Of a stretch of DNA of 64,000 bases, positions 10,307 through 19,922 are shown in pieces. Within the stretch, counting starts at the first letter, position 1, and every line of letters starts with the position of its first letter. The notes under the pieces were generated by a model that worked only from the letters and a program-made list of their open reading frames with translations, was not told the origin of the DNA and did not search any database. The DNA lies in the NCBI GenBank assembly GCA_964552755.1, contig CAZKHX010000001.1, positions 18,007 to 82,006 of the forward strand, in the 5' to 3' direction. Position numbers and translations under genes: made by a program. Source of the DNA: Candidatus Micrarchaeota archaeon. GTDB lineage: Archaea; Micrarchaeota; Micrarchaeia; Anstonellales; Bilamarchaeaceae.

Positions 10307-12319
10307 CTATTCTTCCAGGTACATTAAGTAGGTAAAGCCGTCCCTGCTGGAGCCCTCGATGTAGAATTCAAGGAGCGGCAGCCCATAGCCCCTGCCCGCC
10401 TCGAACGGGTTGGCGTTCCCCGGCATCACGAAGACCGCCGGGACCTTCCTTCCTGCCGCAAGGTCATGCTCTCCGGAATACACTTCGAATTTTTCCCTTA
10501 CTCCGAGGTCGCACCCGTCTTCGTAGCACCCGGGGTAATAGTCTGCCTTTATCACAACCGGCCCGTCATCTCCCCCGATGACTATTACCGGCACGGTCGT
10601 TTCCGCCCCGGCAACAACGCCCTTCATCTCATGCGGGCCCTTCACTATGTTCCCGCTGTAGAACGTGGTCCCGGAGACCGCAACCGCCCCGCCGGCGCCG
10701 TTCTCCACTATCAGCTTCGCGCCCACATACCTCTCAAGGGAGCTGTCAAGGTGGTGCGCAAAGGAGAATGGCTTGGGCAGGATGGGCGCAACCGTCCCGT
10801 TGAACACTTCGACGTCATTGTTTGAAACGTTGTAAATCGCAAGCGTGGTTACCGAGAAATCGGAGTTGTTGTAGAGCACTGCATTGGCATCGGCAGTCAC
10901 CGAAACGTCCACGAATTCAGGGGTGGTGACGCTCACCTCAGGCATCTCCGCAATCAGCATCGCCGGGTCCCCGAAGAGCTGGAACTGCATGAGCTGCTCC
11001 TTCCTTTCCGGGGTCATTGATTCGGTAGTTGCAAGCATGCGCTTGTACTGGCTGAGCATGTCCCCGAGGCGGTAGTCGCCCCTCAGGTAGCCATGGTTCC
11101 ACGGGTCAAAGTGCACGGGCGCATGGCTCCTGCTCGCGCCTATGAATGCCACAACGCGGCCGGTTTTGAGAAGCCACTCGGCCAGCACATCACTGCCATG
11201 GTCTATGGCCCCCACCAGGCATGCATATGCAAAATACGCCGGTGGCTTCTCAACCGCCGTACTTGAATAATTCAAGTAGTATCCATATGGCCCCATTTCC
11301 AGGATTCCGTAGGTCCATCCATGGGAAAAGCTGCTTACGAAGTCCGCGCCTTCCTCATTGATGAGGGAGGCAATGTCTCCCCCTTCGTCGGTTGCGCACG
11401 CATGCGGCGCCACATCCTTGACTTCCGGGAGGTTCCCCCGCACGATGCTTTCTTCTATGTTTTCCCTCTCTTCCGTGCTGAATCCATCCTGGCAGTAGCC
11501 TCCCTTGGTGACTAAGTGCACTGGCCGCTCCTGCGGCGCCCAGCCCATAATGGTATCAAGCATGGCCTCAAGCTCCTCAACGGTCTGCACGGGCAGGCGG
11601 CCCACTGCCGTTTCCCCGTCTAGCGAGAACTCGTCCTCCATGAGGCCCATTTCGCCGTAAATGCCGTCTCCATCCGTGTCCCACGTGCCGGAGAAATTGG
11701 CATAGTACTCATCAGCAGGCATGATTGAGTCGTTGTATGACTCCTCCAAGGTACCAAAATCTTCCATCGGCCCTTCGCTATAGTCCGCACCTTCCATGCT
11801 CACATAGCGGGCGTGCACTTCCCACGGCTTGTCGGTTTCGTAATTGGGCCATTCGCCCTGCCGGTAATCGTCAGCGTCAACATCCCCAATAATGAAAAGA
11901 TAATCCATGCCGCCGGAAACCCTGAGCTGTGCAAGGTAATCCCTTATCCTCCCGGGCGGGTCATCCCCGCTCCCTGAGGGGATTTCCTCGACCGTAACCA
12001 CTTCAACCTCAAAGCCTTCCTCGGCCTTTGCATCAACATAGCGCTGGAGGGAACCCTTGAACATTTCGCGCGTGAGCACGACAATCTTTTTTGCCTGCTC
12101 CGGAACCACCGCGGTGATGGGCGGCCTGTTCGCGGTAAAGCCCGGTTGCGGGTCCTTTGGCAAATTCCCGTCCTTGCCGCAGCCCACGAGCCCGCCAACA
12201 ATAATAGAAGCAGTGAGAACCGCTGCGCGGCCGAAAGCCCTTATGCCGCCCGGGCGGCGGTCCGGCTCCCGCTCTGTGCATGGTGCATCGCTGCGTGCCT
12301 TCCTTATGGGGGCCATAGT
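10307..12319 (-). CDS. Secreted lipoprotein with clan CD (gingipain C25/caspase-like) cysteine peptidase-like domain
   Basis: Signal peptide ends in a lipobox-like 'LVGC'. A His-Gly...Ala-Cys dyad ('FSHGW' ... ~35 aa ... 'YACLVGAIDHG') is spaced as in clan CD peptidases. Start is taken at 'MAPIRK'. Confidence 0.45.
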   Translation of the reverse strand, partial: TMAPIRKARSDAPCTEREPDRRPGGIRAFGRAAVLTASIIVGGLVGCGKDGNLPKDPQPGFTANRPPITAVVPEQAKKIVVLTREMFKGSLQRYVDAKAEEGFEVEVVTVEEIPSGSGDDPPGRIRDYLAQLRVSGGMDYLFIIGDVDADDYRQGEWPNYETDKPWEVHARYVSMEGADYSEGPMEDFGTLEESYNDSIMPADEYYANFSGTWDTDGDGIYGEMGLMEDEFSLDGETAVGRLPVQTVEELEAMLDTIMGWAPQERPVHLVTKGGYCQDGFSTEERENIEESIVRGNLPEVKDVAPHACATDEGGDIASLINEEGADFVSSFSHGWTYGILEMGPYGYYLNYSSTAVEKPPAYFAYACLVGAIDHGSDVLAEWLLKTGRVVAFIGASRSHAPVHFDPWNHGYLRGDYRLGDMLSQYKRMLATTESMTPERKEQLMQFQLFGDPAMLIAEMPEVSVTTPEFVDVSVTADANAVLYNNSDFSVTTLAIYNVSNNDVEVFNGTVAPILPKPFSFAHHLDSSLERYVGAKLIVENGAGGAVAVSGTTFYSGNIVKGPHEMKGVVAGAETTVPVIVIGGDDGPVVIKADYYPGCYEDGCDLGVREKFEVYSGEHDLAAGRKVPAVFVMPGNANPFEAGRGYGLPLLEFYIEGSSRDGFTYLMYLEE

Positions 12320-12456
12320 AATACTATTGTGGCTGGAAGTGTTTATAAATGTATTTTTTTGGCAGAAGGTGGTTGTTCGCGCACACCCGTGTTCCCGCCC
12401 GGAAATGGGCAAAAAACCGCAACCTTTATATTACACATCCTTCCCTAAATAACCAT

Positions 12457-13425
12457 ATGGTTTCTGCACTGGACGAACGGCCGCTAATTACCGCCACCTA
12501 CGATGGCGCGTACTTTGACCAGTTCATCGGTAATGCATACAAGACAGAAGGCTACGCGGCAGCACGCGGCTTCTTCGACCTTCTCATCCACAAGGCAAGC
12601 ATGGAGCCGGAGAAGCTCCACCTCGGGGAAGTGGAGAACGGCTGGTATTACATCGCCGCATTCGGGGACACGTTCCTTGACGTTTTTGATGGAGGAGAAA
12701 TTGCGAGGCTTGACACTTCCTTCCGCAGCATAACCGGGATGTCCGACCTTGACGCGAACGACAGCGACCCGCGCGTGGACTTCCTCATGCACTGCATTTC
12801 CAACCTGAATGACATGGATTATTCAGGGCGCCTCATGCTCAACAACCACATGCACCCCGAGGATGATGCAGAGGACATAGGCAGGCTGGGCGAAACCTAC
12901 CCCCGTTGGCTTTCGGAAAATTCGCTGCACATGCTCAGGGAAAACATAGTGATGTTCTACTACCTGATTGATTTGGAGGGAATGAGGCAGTATCTCGAGG
13001 GGAAGATAAAGAGCCTCGATGCGGACGTAATACGCAATTCAAACGAGACGATGCAGAGGCTCATGAACCTGCTGGGCAGAATTCCTCCGGATACAAAAAT
13101 AAAGCGGCTTGCGGAGCAGTCAATCGACTCGATACTGGATGAGATGGACATCGACCCGCAGCTAGTCCTCAATTTCGGCAGGGGCTACGGGGACGACGGC
13201 ATTAGGTTCGTGGTGGGCCTCACCGAGCTCGCCCTGCGCACCGTGCTCTCCGGCTTCACGAAGGAGGCGATGCTCCACTCCCAGATGGAAGAGCTCAGGG
13301 GCGCGGACATGAAATTCATAAGGGGCAGGTTCACGAAGAGGACTTTCCTCGACCGGAAGAGCATTCCCAGGGAAAAGAACCCGGTGCGCATCCCGCGCGA
13401 AGCGGCCGGGAAGCTGCTTGCCTAG
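12457..13425 (+). CDS. Hypothetical protein
   Basis: ORF with TATA-like 'CCTTTATATTA' ~30 nt upstream of ATG at 12457. No recognisable domain. Confidence 0.5.
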   Translation: MVSALDERPLITATYDGAYFDQFIGNAYKTEGYAAARGFFDLLIHKASMEPEKLHLGEVENGWYYIAAFGDTFLDVFDGGEIARLDTSFRSITGMSDLDANDSDPRVDFLMHCISNLNDMDYSGRLMLNNHMHPEDDAEDIGRLGETYPRWLSENSLHMLRENIVMFYYLIDLEGMRQYLEGKIKSLDADVIRNSNETMQRLMNLLGRIPPDTKIKRLAEQSIDSILDEMDIDPQLVLNFGRGYGDDGIRFVVGLTELALRTVLSGFTKEAMLHSQMEELRGADMKFIRGRFTKRTFLDRKSIPREKNPVRIPREAAGKLLA

Positions 13426-13958
13426 GCGAAAAGCGCCGCGCCCAAATACCCGAATATAACATACCTCAGCATGCGCCCAGCCGCGCATGCAACGAAGAAC
13501 TCCCTCTTGGGCATGTTTGCCGCGCCCGCGGCAAGCCCAGCAAGGTCGAAGAACGGGTTCGGGAGGAAAGCAAATACGAAAATGGCGAGCATGTCGTTCC
13601 TCACCATCCACTTCCTGTATTTCCCCAGCATCTTCTGCTTCTCAAGGGTAAGCTCCGTGACGCCTTTCCCGAAAAAGTAGCCGGTGAATTCCCCAAGCGC
13701 GGAGCCGATTCCCGCAATTATGCCCACAATGAACGGATTCAATATGGCGCCCATCGCGAGCACAATCCCCCAGCCGGGCAGGGGTACGAAGATGGTTGCC
13801 GCGGAAAACAGCGAAATCAGGAACACGCCCAAATACCCGTATCCCTCAAACTGCTGGATGTAGCTGCTGAAATAGAGTATTATCCCTGCGACAATGAGGG
13901 CGAAAATTATTTGCAATGCCGCCTGCAGCTTTCCCTCCATGCAGTGGTTTTGGAGCAT
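13422..13958 (-). CDS. DedA/SNARE-associated (TVP38/YqaA) family membrane protein
   Basis: 'NDMLAIFVFAFLPNPFFDLAGLAAGAANMPKREFFVACAAGRMLRYV' matches the DedA-family core. Start approximate. Confidence 0.6.
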   Translation of the reverse strand: MLQNHCMEGKLQAALQIIFALIVAGIILYFSSYIQQFEGYGYLGVFLISLFSAATIFVPLPGWGIVLAMGAILNPFIVGIIAGIGSALGEFTGYFFGKGVTELTLEKQKMLGKYRKWMVRNDMLAIFVFAFLPNPFFDLAGLAAGAANMPKREFFVACAAGRMLRYVIFGYLGAALFA

Positions 13959-13990
13959 TCCTTTATATTTGTATTCGGAGAATCTCTCCC

Positions 13991-15142
13991 ATGTTGCCTT
14001 CCAGAAGAAGCGATAAGGTAAGGTATGCAATCAGGGACATCGCCGCGGAGGCGCGGCTACTCGAACTTGAAGGCAAGGAGATAATCCACCTCAACATAGG
14101 CGACCCGTGCGAGTACGATTTCGACCCGCCTGCGCGCATAAGGGAAGTGGCGAAGGAGGCGCTCTCCCAGAGGTATGCGGCTTATGCTCCCTCGGGGGGC
14201 GACGAGGACCTCCGCGGGCTGGTCGCGAAGATGGAAGGCGTCACAAAGGAGGACGTATTCGTCACCACGGGCCTCAGCGAAGGAATAGACTTCGCAATGA
14301 GCATACTGCTAGACCCCGGGGACGAGATGCTGCTCCCGAACCCGGTCTACCCTCTGTACAGCTCGAAGGCCGAGATGCTGGACGCGAAGCCGGTCTTCTA
14401 CGACTGCGACGGGGAATGGGTGCCCATACTCGAAGACATAAGGAAGAAAATCACCGGTAAAACAAGGGGCATAGTGCTCATCAGCCCGAACAACCCCACG
14501 GGCGCAATCTGGCCCGAAAAGACCGTGAAGGGAATATGCGACATCGCCTCCGAGCACAAGCTCCCCGTATTTGCGGACGAGGTGTACGACCAGATAGTGT
14601 TCGAGGGCTCGTACACGAACGCCCGGAAGGTGCGCGGCGACGCGGTCGTCATGGGGGGGAATTCCATTTCCAAGAACTACTCCTACCCCGGCGCCCGCGT
14701 GGGCTACGTTGCATTCCACGGCGACGCGGAGAAGAAGCTTACCGATGCGTTCCTGCGCATGTGCAACCAGCGCCTTTCGGTGAACTGGGAAATGCAGAGG
14801 GCGGCAATCGCCGCATTCAGCGAGCCCGCGGACCCGGCGTACATTGAAAAATTGAAGAAAAGGCGCGACCTGCTCTACAAATTAATTGAGGAAACAGAAG
14901 GCCTTTCTTCGCCCAAGCCCAACTCCGCGATGTACGCGATGGTCAAGGTGGAGGGCTACCCGGGCAATGACTGGGAATTCGCAAGGCAGCTCATGCGCGA
15001 GGCAGGGGTGCTGGTCGCGCCCGGCTCCGCGTTCCTCAAAGGGAAAGAGGGCGTCTATTTCCGCACCACTTTCCTGCCCACTGAGGAAAAGCTCCAGCAG
15101 GCATACGAGAACATAGGGAAGTTCCTCAAAAGCAAGGCGTAG
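13991..15142 (+). CDS. Class I/II PLP-dependent aminotransferase (AlaT/AspC-like)
   Basis: 'IHLNIGDPCEYDFDPP', the PLP-lysine motif 'SISKNYSYPGARVGY', and overall length match this family. Start taken at 'MLPSRR'. Confidence 0.85.
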   Translation: MLPSRRSDKVRYAIRDIAAEARLLELEGKEIIHLNIGDPCEYDFDPPARIREVAKEALSQRYAAYAPSGGDEDLRGLVAKMEGVTKEDVFVTTGLSEGIDFAMSILLDPGDEMLLPNPVYPLYSSKAEMLDAKPVFYDCDGEWVPILEDIRKKITGKTRGIVLISPNNPTGAIWPEKTVKGICDIASEHKLPVFADEVYDQIVFEGSYTNARKVRGDAVVMGGNSISKNYSYPGARVGYVAFHGDAEKKLTDAFLRMCNQRLSVNWEMQRAAIAAFSEPADPAYIEKLKKRRDLLYKLIEETEGLSSPKPNSAMYAMVKVEGYPGNDWEFARQLMREAGVLVAPGSAFLKGKEGVYFRTTFLPTEEKLQQAYENIGKFLKSKA

Positions 15143-15193
15143 GGGAAAGCAGGGAAGACAGCCCGGCCTGAATTGCAAGCGCCTTGGGAAAAC

Positions 15194-17911
15194 CTAAAGT
15201 CGCTCCCCGTATTCGGTGATGAAGCGCTCGTACTCCGCAAGCAGCCCCGCAGTAATCGAGGGCCGCATGCGCGAGATTATGTCAACAACTTTTTCAGTGG
15301 TCAGCTTCGGCTCCTTGCCCGTTGAGCTCTCCCTGAGCAGGTACATGCGCGCCTGCTGGGCGACCGCAGCGATGTCCGCCCCGGAGAATCCCTCGGAAAC
15401 CTTCGCGAGCTTCTTCAGGTCCAGCCCCGTGGCGAATTCGCCGAGGTGGATGTTGAAGAGCTGCTCGCGCCCGGTGGAGTCCGGCGCGTGCACATAAATT
15501 ATCTTGTCAAAGCGGCCGGGCCTCAGGATTGCGGGGTCGAGCATCTCCGGCTTGTTCGTTGCGCCCACAATCATCACGCCCTCCATTCCCTTTATGCCGT
15601 CCATCTCCACAAGGAACTGGCCGGTGATTTCAGCGCGCCCGATATCCCTAGAAGGCGCAACCGTTTCAATCTCATCTATGAAGATCACGGAAGGCGGGTT
15701 CTCCCGCGCCCGGTTGAAGGTTTCCTTGATTACGTTCACCGCATGGGTGTAGCCGCGTTTCATCAATTGCGCACCGCCCAGCGAAAGGAACGTGATGTCC
15801 AGCTCGTTGGAAGCTGCGCGGACAACAAGCGTCTTGCCGCACCCGGGCGGGCCGAACATCAAAATCCCCTTGGTGGGCTTCACCCCGTACCTCTTCACCA
15901 GCTCGGGGTGCAGCAGCGGCGTCTCAATCGCCTCGCGGAAAGAGCGCTTCACGTCCTCCAAATCCGCAACATCGTTCCAGCCGATTTTCTTCTCCGCCTC
16001 TTTCTCTTTGGGCGCCTTCTCCGCTTCGCGCTCCGCAACCCCTGCGACCGAGCGCTCGAAATCGGTCCTGAACTCATCGTAATCCTCAATCTGCGCAAAA
16101 GTGGTGCTGGGCTTGGTGTGCTCAAGCACAGCGCGCAGCAGATCCATGGTGACCGGCACTACCTTTCCGGTCTTCTTTGCCTGGCCTGCAGCGAGCCCCA
16201 CCGCCTCCTTCACTACGTTTGCGATGTCCGCGCCGGAGTAGCGGTCGCTCTCAGCCGCCAGCTTCCTGTAATCGACCTTTTTCCCGAGTATGCCCTTCTT
16301 TGCGAGCCCTTCCATGTGCACCTTGAATATCGCCTCCCGCGCCTCCTTGTCCGGAAGGTGCATGTACACTATCTTGTCAAAGCGGCCGGGCCTCATGAGC
16401 GCCGGGTCCAGCTTGTTCGGCACATTGGTTGCGCCAACCACGATCACCGGCTTCTTGTTGTCGGTTTTCAGGCCGTCCATTTCCTGGAGGAGGATGCTTA
16501 GCACGCGCGGCCCCACGTCATCTGAAGAGGCTGCCATGCGCTTCTTCCCCAGCGCATCGATTTCATCGAAGAAAAGTATCGCCGGCGCGCTTTCCCGCGC
16601 CTTTGCGAATATCTCGCTTATGTTCTTCTCGCTCTCGCCCACCCATTTGGAGAGGATATCCGAGCTTTTCACATAGTACATGCGGAAGTCCAGCTCCTTT
16701 GAAAGGGCGCGCATGAGCATCGTCTTCCCGGTGCCGGGAGGCCCGAAGAGCAGTATCCCCGAAGGCGGCTTAATCCCGTATGCGCTCGCAAGCTCAACGT
16801 TCTGCAGGGGCAGCACTATGGAGCTGCGCAGCTCATCCTTCACGTCATCGTAGCCGCCCACATCGTCAAGCCCCTCCTCGCCCCCTCCGATGGACATGTC
16901 CTGCAGCCCAAACTTCCCGAATGATTTCATTTTCTCCTTCGCGCTTATCTTGCGCTCGCGGGATACGTGCGCCCCGAGAAAGTCGGCCGCGCCGACCACC
17001 GCAACCGCAAGCAGGAAATAGGGGAACATCATCCAGCTGAATGCGAAGCCCACAAAGGAAAGAAGGAAATATGCAAGGGGCACCAGCAGTATCGCAAGCG
17101 CGGATTTCGTCTGGTTCCACCTCCCCTTCCTGAATACGCGGGGGAGCATCCCCACAACGTAGAGCGCCGCACCCCACACCATCAACTGCACAATGCCGCC
17201 GTCCATGAACAGCAGCGTGACCGAATTGGAGAATATCTTCCCGAGCACCGCCCACACATGGGTTGCGGAGGCGAAGTTGAGTATTGAGCCCAGCGCAGCC
17301 CCGATTTCGGAGCCGAGGGCGCCCAGCTCAACCGGCCCGGCCCTGAGCGCAAGCTGGCCCACCGCGGGCTCATATGCGGAAAGCGTGACCGGCAGGAATG
17401 CGTTGTTCGGCACCAGCCAGAGCGAAGAGAGCAGCAGTATGATGAACACCGCGGGCACGGAAATCAGCACGCTCTTGCGCGAGCCGAAATGGAAGCTGCC
17501 CAGCAGCATGAGCAGGTAAACCATCCCGCCGAGCATTGCAAAGGGTGCGGCGGCAAAGGGCAGGAGGCAGATTACTTCCAGCAGCGCGATTATCCCCCAG
17601 TTGTCGAACATCTCGAAGAAGACAATTGCGAGAAGGAGGAGCCCCAGCCAGCCCCATACGGTGGACTGGAACGCGAATGCGGGGATTGCGAGTATCCATG
17701 TCGCGCCCACCCCGAGGGGCGGCTTCTTCATTGCGATTGCGCCGCAGATGAGCGCGAGGACGAATGCAACCGCAATGGGGTAGAATGGGATTGCGGTGAG
17801 GAGCGCAAGCGCCCCAAGGAATACGAGTATTGCATTCCAGAAGGATTCGCTCTCCTGGAGCTGCTGCGTGTAGGCCACTATCCTTTGCTGAGTGAGCGTC
17901 GCCCCGGCCAT
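15194..17911 (-). CDS. Membrane-anchored tandem AAA+ ATPase (Cdc48/VCP-like D1+D2 with ~330-aa polytopic N-terminal domain)
   Basis: Two Walker A motifs ('GILLFGPPGTGKTML', 'GILMFGPPGCGKTLV'), each followed by Walker B 'DEID/DEIE' and SRH regions. The N-terminal third has ~8-9 predicted TM helices. Confidence 0.85.
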   Translation of the reverse strand: MAGATLTQQRIVAYTQQLQESESFWNAILVFLGALALLTAIPFYPIAVAFVLALICGAIAMKKPPLGVGATWILAIPAFAFQSTVWGWLGLLLLAIVFFEMFDNWGIIALLEVICLLPFAAAPFAMLGGMVYLLMLLGSFHFGSRKSVLISVPAVFIILLLSSLWLVPNNAFLPVTLSAYEPAVGQLALRAGPVELGALGSEIGAALGSILNFASATHVWAVLGKIFSNSVTLLFMDGGIVQLMVWGAALYVVGMLPRVFRKGRWNQTKSALAILLVPLAYFLLSFVGFAFSWMMFPYFLLAVAVVGAADFLGAHVSRERKISAKEKMKSFGKFGLQDMSIGGGEEGLDDVGGYDDVKDELRSSIVLPLQNVELASAYGIKPPSGILLFGPPGTGKTMLMRALSKELDFRMYYVKSSDILSKWVGESEKNISEIFAKARESAPAILFFDEIDALGKKRMAASSDDVGPRVLSILLQEMDGLKTDNKKPVIVVGATNVPNKLDPALMRPGRFDKIVYMHLPDKEAREAIFKVHMEGLAKKGILGKKVDYRKLAAESDRYSGADIANVVKEAVGLAAGQAKKTGKVVPVTMDLLRAVLEHTKPSTTFAQIEDYDEFRTDFERSVAGVAEREAEKAPKEKEAEKKIGWNDVADLEDVKRSFREAIETPLLHPELVKRYGVKPTKGILMFGPPGCGKTLVVRAASNELDITFLSLGGAQLMKRGYTHAVNVIKETFNRARENPPSVIFIDEIETVAPSRDIGRAEITGQFLVEMDGIKGMEGVMIVGATNKPEMLDPAILRPGRFDKIIYVHAPDSTGREQLFNIHLGEFATGLDLKKLAKVSEGFSGADIAAVAQQARMYLLRESSTGKEPKLTTEKVVDIISRMRPSITAGLLAEYERFITEYGERL

Positions 17912-17948
17912 GCTAGAGTAAAAGGTGGAAACTTTTTATACGTGCGCC

Positions 17949-18518
17949 TCAGATGCGCTTGAAGGCGGCGACACCCGCGGCCGTCTTGCGGAACCTGTAG
18001 CCCATCTTCATGAGCACCTTCTCGGTCTTTGTGCCCCTCTGCACAACTATGTCCGCCAGCTGCCCGTCGGGGTTTGTGGGCGAGGTAATGGTCACTGCGA
18101 ACTCGAATTCCGCCTCCTTCCCGCGCTTCTCCCTGCGGTCAACGAGCAGCTCGCGCAGGCCCTTCCCCTCATAGGGAAGCAGCACCGCATCATCCTCAAG
18201 GAAAACCGCGTTCTCCTCCCCCTCGACTATCCCCCCCGAGTCCTCATCAAAGTGCACCCCCCATGCGAGGCCCACTGCAACCAGCATCCTGCCGACAAAT
18301 GCGCCGTAGCTCATGCCGAGCCCAAGCACGTCCCCCACTTCTTTTTCGGTAACGGAGAAGAGACACTTCCGCATGATGCGCGAAACCTCTTCCGTATCAG
18401 AGGGCTCAAGGCGCTTGATTTCCGCCTCCTCGAATTCCAAGGGCGCATGGAACTTCTTCTTTTTCTCTTCCTTTTCCTCCTCTTTCTCGTCCACTACGGG
18501 CCCCTTGAACTCAGACAT
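17949..18518 (-). CDS. Hypothetical protein (acidic, K/E-rich N-terminus)
   Basis: ORF in operon context between the Zn-ribbon gene and the AAA gene. No domain recognised. Confidence 0.45.
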   Translation of the reverse strand: MSEFKGPVVDEKEEEKEEKKKKFHAPLEFEEAEIKRLEPSDTEEVSRIMRKCLFSVTEKEVGDVLGLGMSYGAFVGRMLVAVGLAWGVHFDEDSGGIVEGEENAVFLEDDAVLLPYEGKGLRELLVDRREKRGKEAEFEFAVTITSPTNPDGQLADIVVQRGTKTEKVLMKMGYRFRKTAAGVAAFKRI

Positions 18519-18857
18519 TCACACAAACCTCGTCCTGCATACCGGGCAGCGCGTCATGTACCCGCCCATCTCGTAGCCGCATATCGGGCAGCGCCACACC
18601 GTTTTCTTTGCGCGCTCCATCTCCGCCTTGAAGCTGAAGCCGCACTTTTCGCACACATTCGCGTCAAGGTCGTTGAGCTCCTTGCACTTTGGGCACTTCT
18701 TTTTGAACATGGATTTTATGCGGACCCCGCAGCTCGGGCAGCGCTCCATGTCCAGCGTGACCTGCGCCCCGCAGCTCGGGCACTTGAACTTCTTCCCGGC
18801 GAGGGTTGATTTGCCCTTGCCGCCCACCGCGCCCTTCAGCACGTCTAGTATGCCCAT
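18519..18857 (-). CDS. Triple zinc-ribbon protein
   Basis: Three CxxC...CxxC pairs: 'CPSCGAQ..CPSCGV', 'CPKCKEL..CEKCGF', 'CPICGYE..CPVCRT'. It abuts the upstream gene. Confidence 0.6.
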   Translation of the reverse strand: MGILDVLKGAVGGKGKSTLAGKKFKCPSCGAQVTLDMERCPSCGVRIKSMFKKKCPKCKELNDLDANVCEKCGFSFKAEMERAKKTVWRCPICGYEMGGYMTRCPVCRTRFV

Positions 18858-19870
18858 CTTGCCACCAGCGGCGCAAGCAGTATCAGAAGCGAAACGCAGC
18901 AGACCTTCTTCTCTTCGGGCACTGGCCTGTTGAACGGGTCGAAGCCTTCATCCCCGCCGCCCCCTTCAAGGGAGCCGCTGCCCGGGCTACCCGTTTCCTT
19001 CTCCACGGCGGGCAGCTCCTCCGGGAGCTCCCCCCCGCACTCATTCTCCATCGCGGCGTTCACCACCGAGAGGTCCAAATCGTAATCGCCCGCCTCCAGG
19101 TCGGATTCGAGCGAGGCGATTGCCGCGTCAACCGTGGAGCTGGAGCAGGACCTGTCGCTCTTCACCTTGAGCACGCCGTCAATTTTTTTCACCGCGGCCT
19201 CGCATGCGGCCTTGCCCTCCGAATATTCGCGCGCATCCTCGAGCGCGGGGCCGAGCAGGCTGGCCGCGCTGCTCACCTTGCACTGGCTCAAGAATGTGCG
19301 GGCGCTGCCCGCCTTGCCCGAAAGGCTTTCCACATCAAAGGGGCAGCATGCTCCGCTCGTGGTGCAGTAGTCCCCGCCCTCGAGCCCGGAGTAGAGCGCC
19401 TCCAGCTCGTCCGCATCCTCGATTGCCTGCGATTCGGAAGATGAGGGGTAATGGGTGAGGTTGTCCAGCTCTATAATATAGTAATAGTCGTCCCCGAGCT
19501 CGAACTTGAGCACTTCCACCCCGTCGAGGGTTTCCTCGGGCTCGCCCCCGAACTGGAAGGGCATCTCAAGGTCCTCGTTGTCCCCACACACGCTCCCGTA
19601 GGAGGAAATGCTGCACTCTCCGATTTCCACCCATCCCCCTGTTTCCCGGTCCATGTAGTAGAAGGTTGCGGTTTCGGATTCGCCGTACGGGTTGATTATC
19701 CATATTTCGAAGCTCACTATGGAGGGGCCGCTCGAGCCGCAGTTGGGTATCCTGTAGCCCGGGTGCACGCCCCTTACCTCTACGTCTGAATCGTCCATCT
19801 CGGTTGCGGCAAAAGCAAAGCCGGAAAGCATCAGGAAGCCTGCCAGCAGCAGGAACAGCGGCCTTTTCAT
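18845..19870 (-). CDS. Secreted Cys/acidic-rich protein with N-terminal signal peptide and C-terminal hydrophobic anchor
   Basis: 'MKRPLFLLLAGFLMLSGFAFA' is a signal peptide. The C-terminus 'KKVCCVSLLILLAPLVARWAY' is hydrophobic. First gene of the minus-strand operon. Confidence 0.6.
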   Translation of the reverse strand: MKRPLFLLLAGFLMLSGFAFAATEMDDSDVEVRGVHPGYRIPNCGSSGPSIVSFEIWIINPYGESETATFYYMDRETGGWVEIGECSISSYGSVCGDNEDLEMPFQFGGEPEETLDGVEVLKFELGDDYYYIIELDNLTHYPSSSESQAIEDADELEALYSGLEGGDYCTTSGACCPFDVESLSGKAGSARTFLSQCKVSSAASLLGPALEDAREYSEGKAACEAAVKKIDGVLKVKSDRSCSSSTVDAAIASLESDLEAGDYDLDLSVVNAAMENECGGELPEELPAVEKETGSPGSGSLEGGGGDEGFDPFNRPVPEEKKVCCVSLLILLAPLVARWAY

Positions 19871-19922
19871 GCGTCAGGATTAACCGGCAACCCTTTTTAT
19901 CTTTTTCCTCGAAAGTGGCGCA
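19870..19922. promoter_or_regulatory. Short divergent intergenic region with AT-rich TATA-like element between the two operons of the membrane-system block
   Basis: 'CCTTTTTATCTTTTT' lies ~30 nt upstream of ATG 19922. The same element read on the other strand precedes the minus-strand operon start (19870). Confidence 0.4.

Noticed and set aside
15446-16501. 351-aa ORF on the plus strand inside the AAA ATPase gene
   Set aside because: It is antisense to a well-supported CDS. R/A/P/H-rich composition is typical of GC-driven antisense frames. No start or promoter context.
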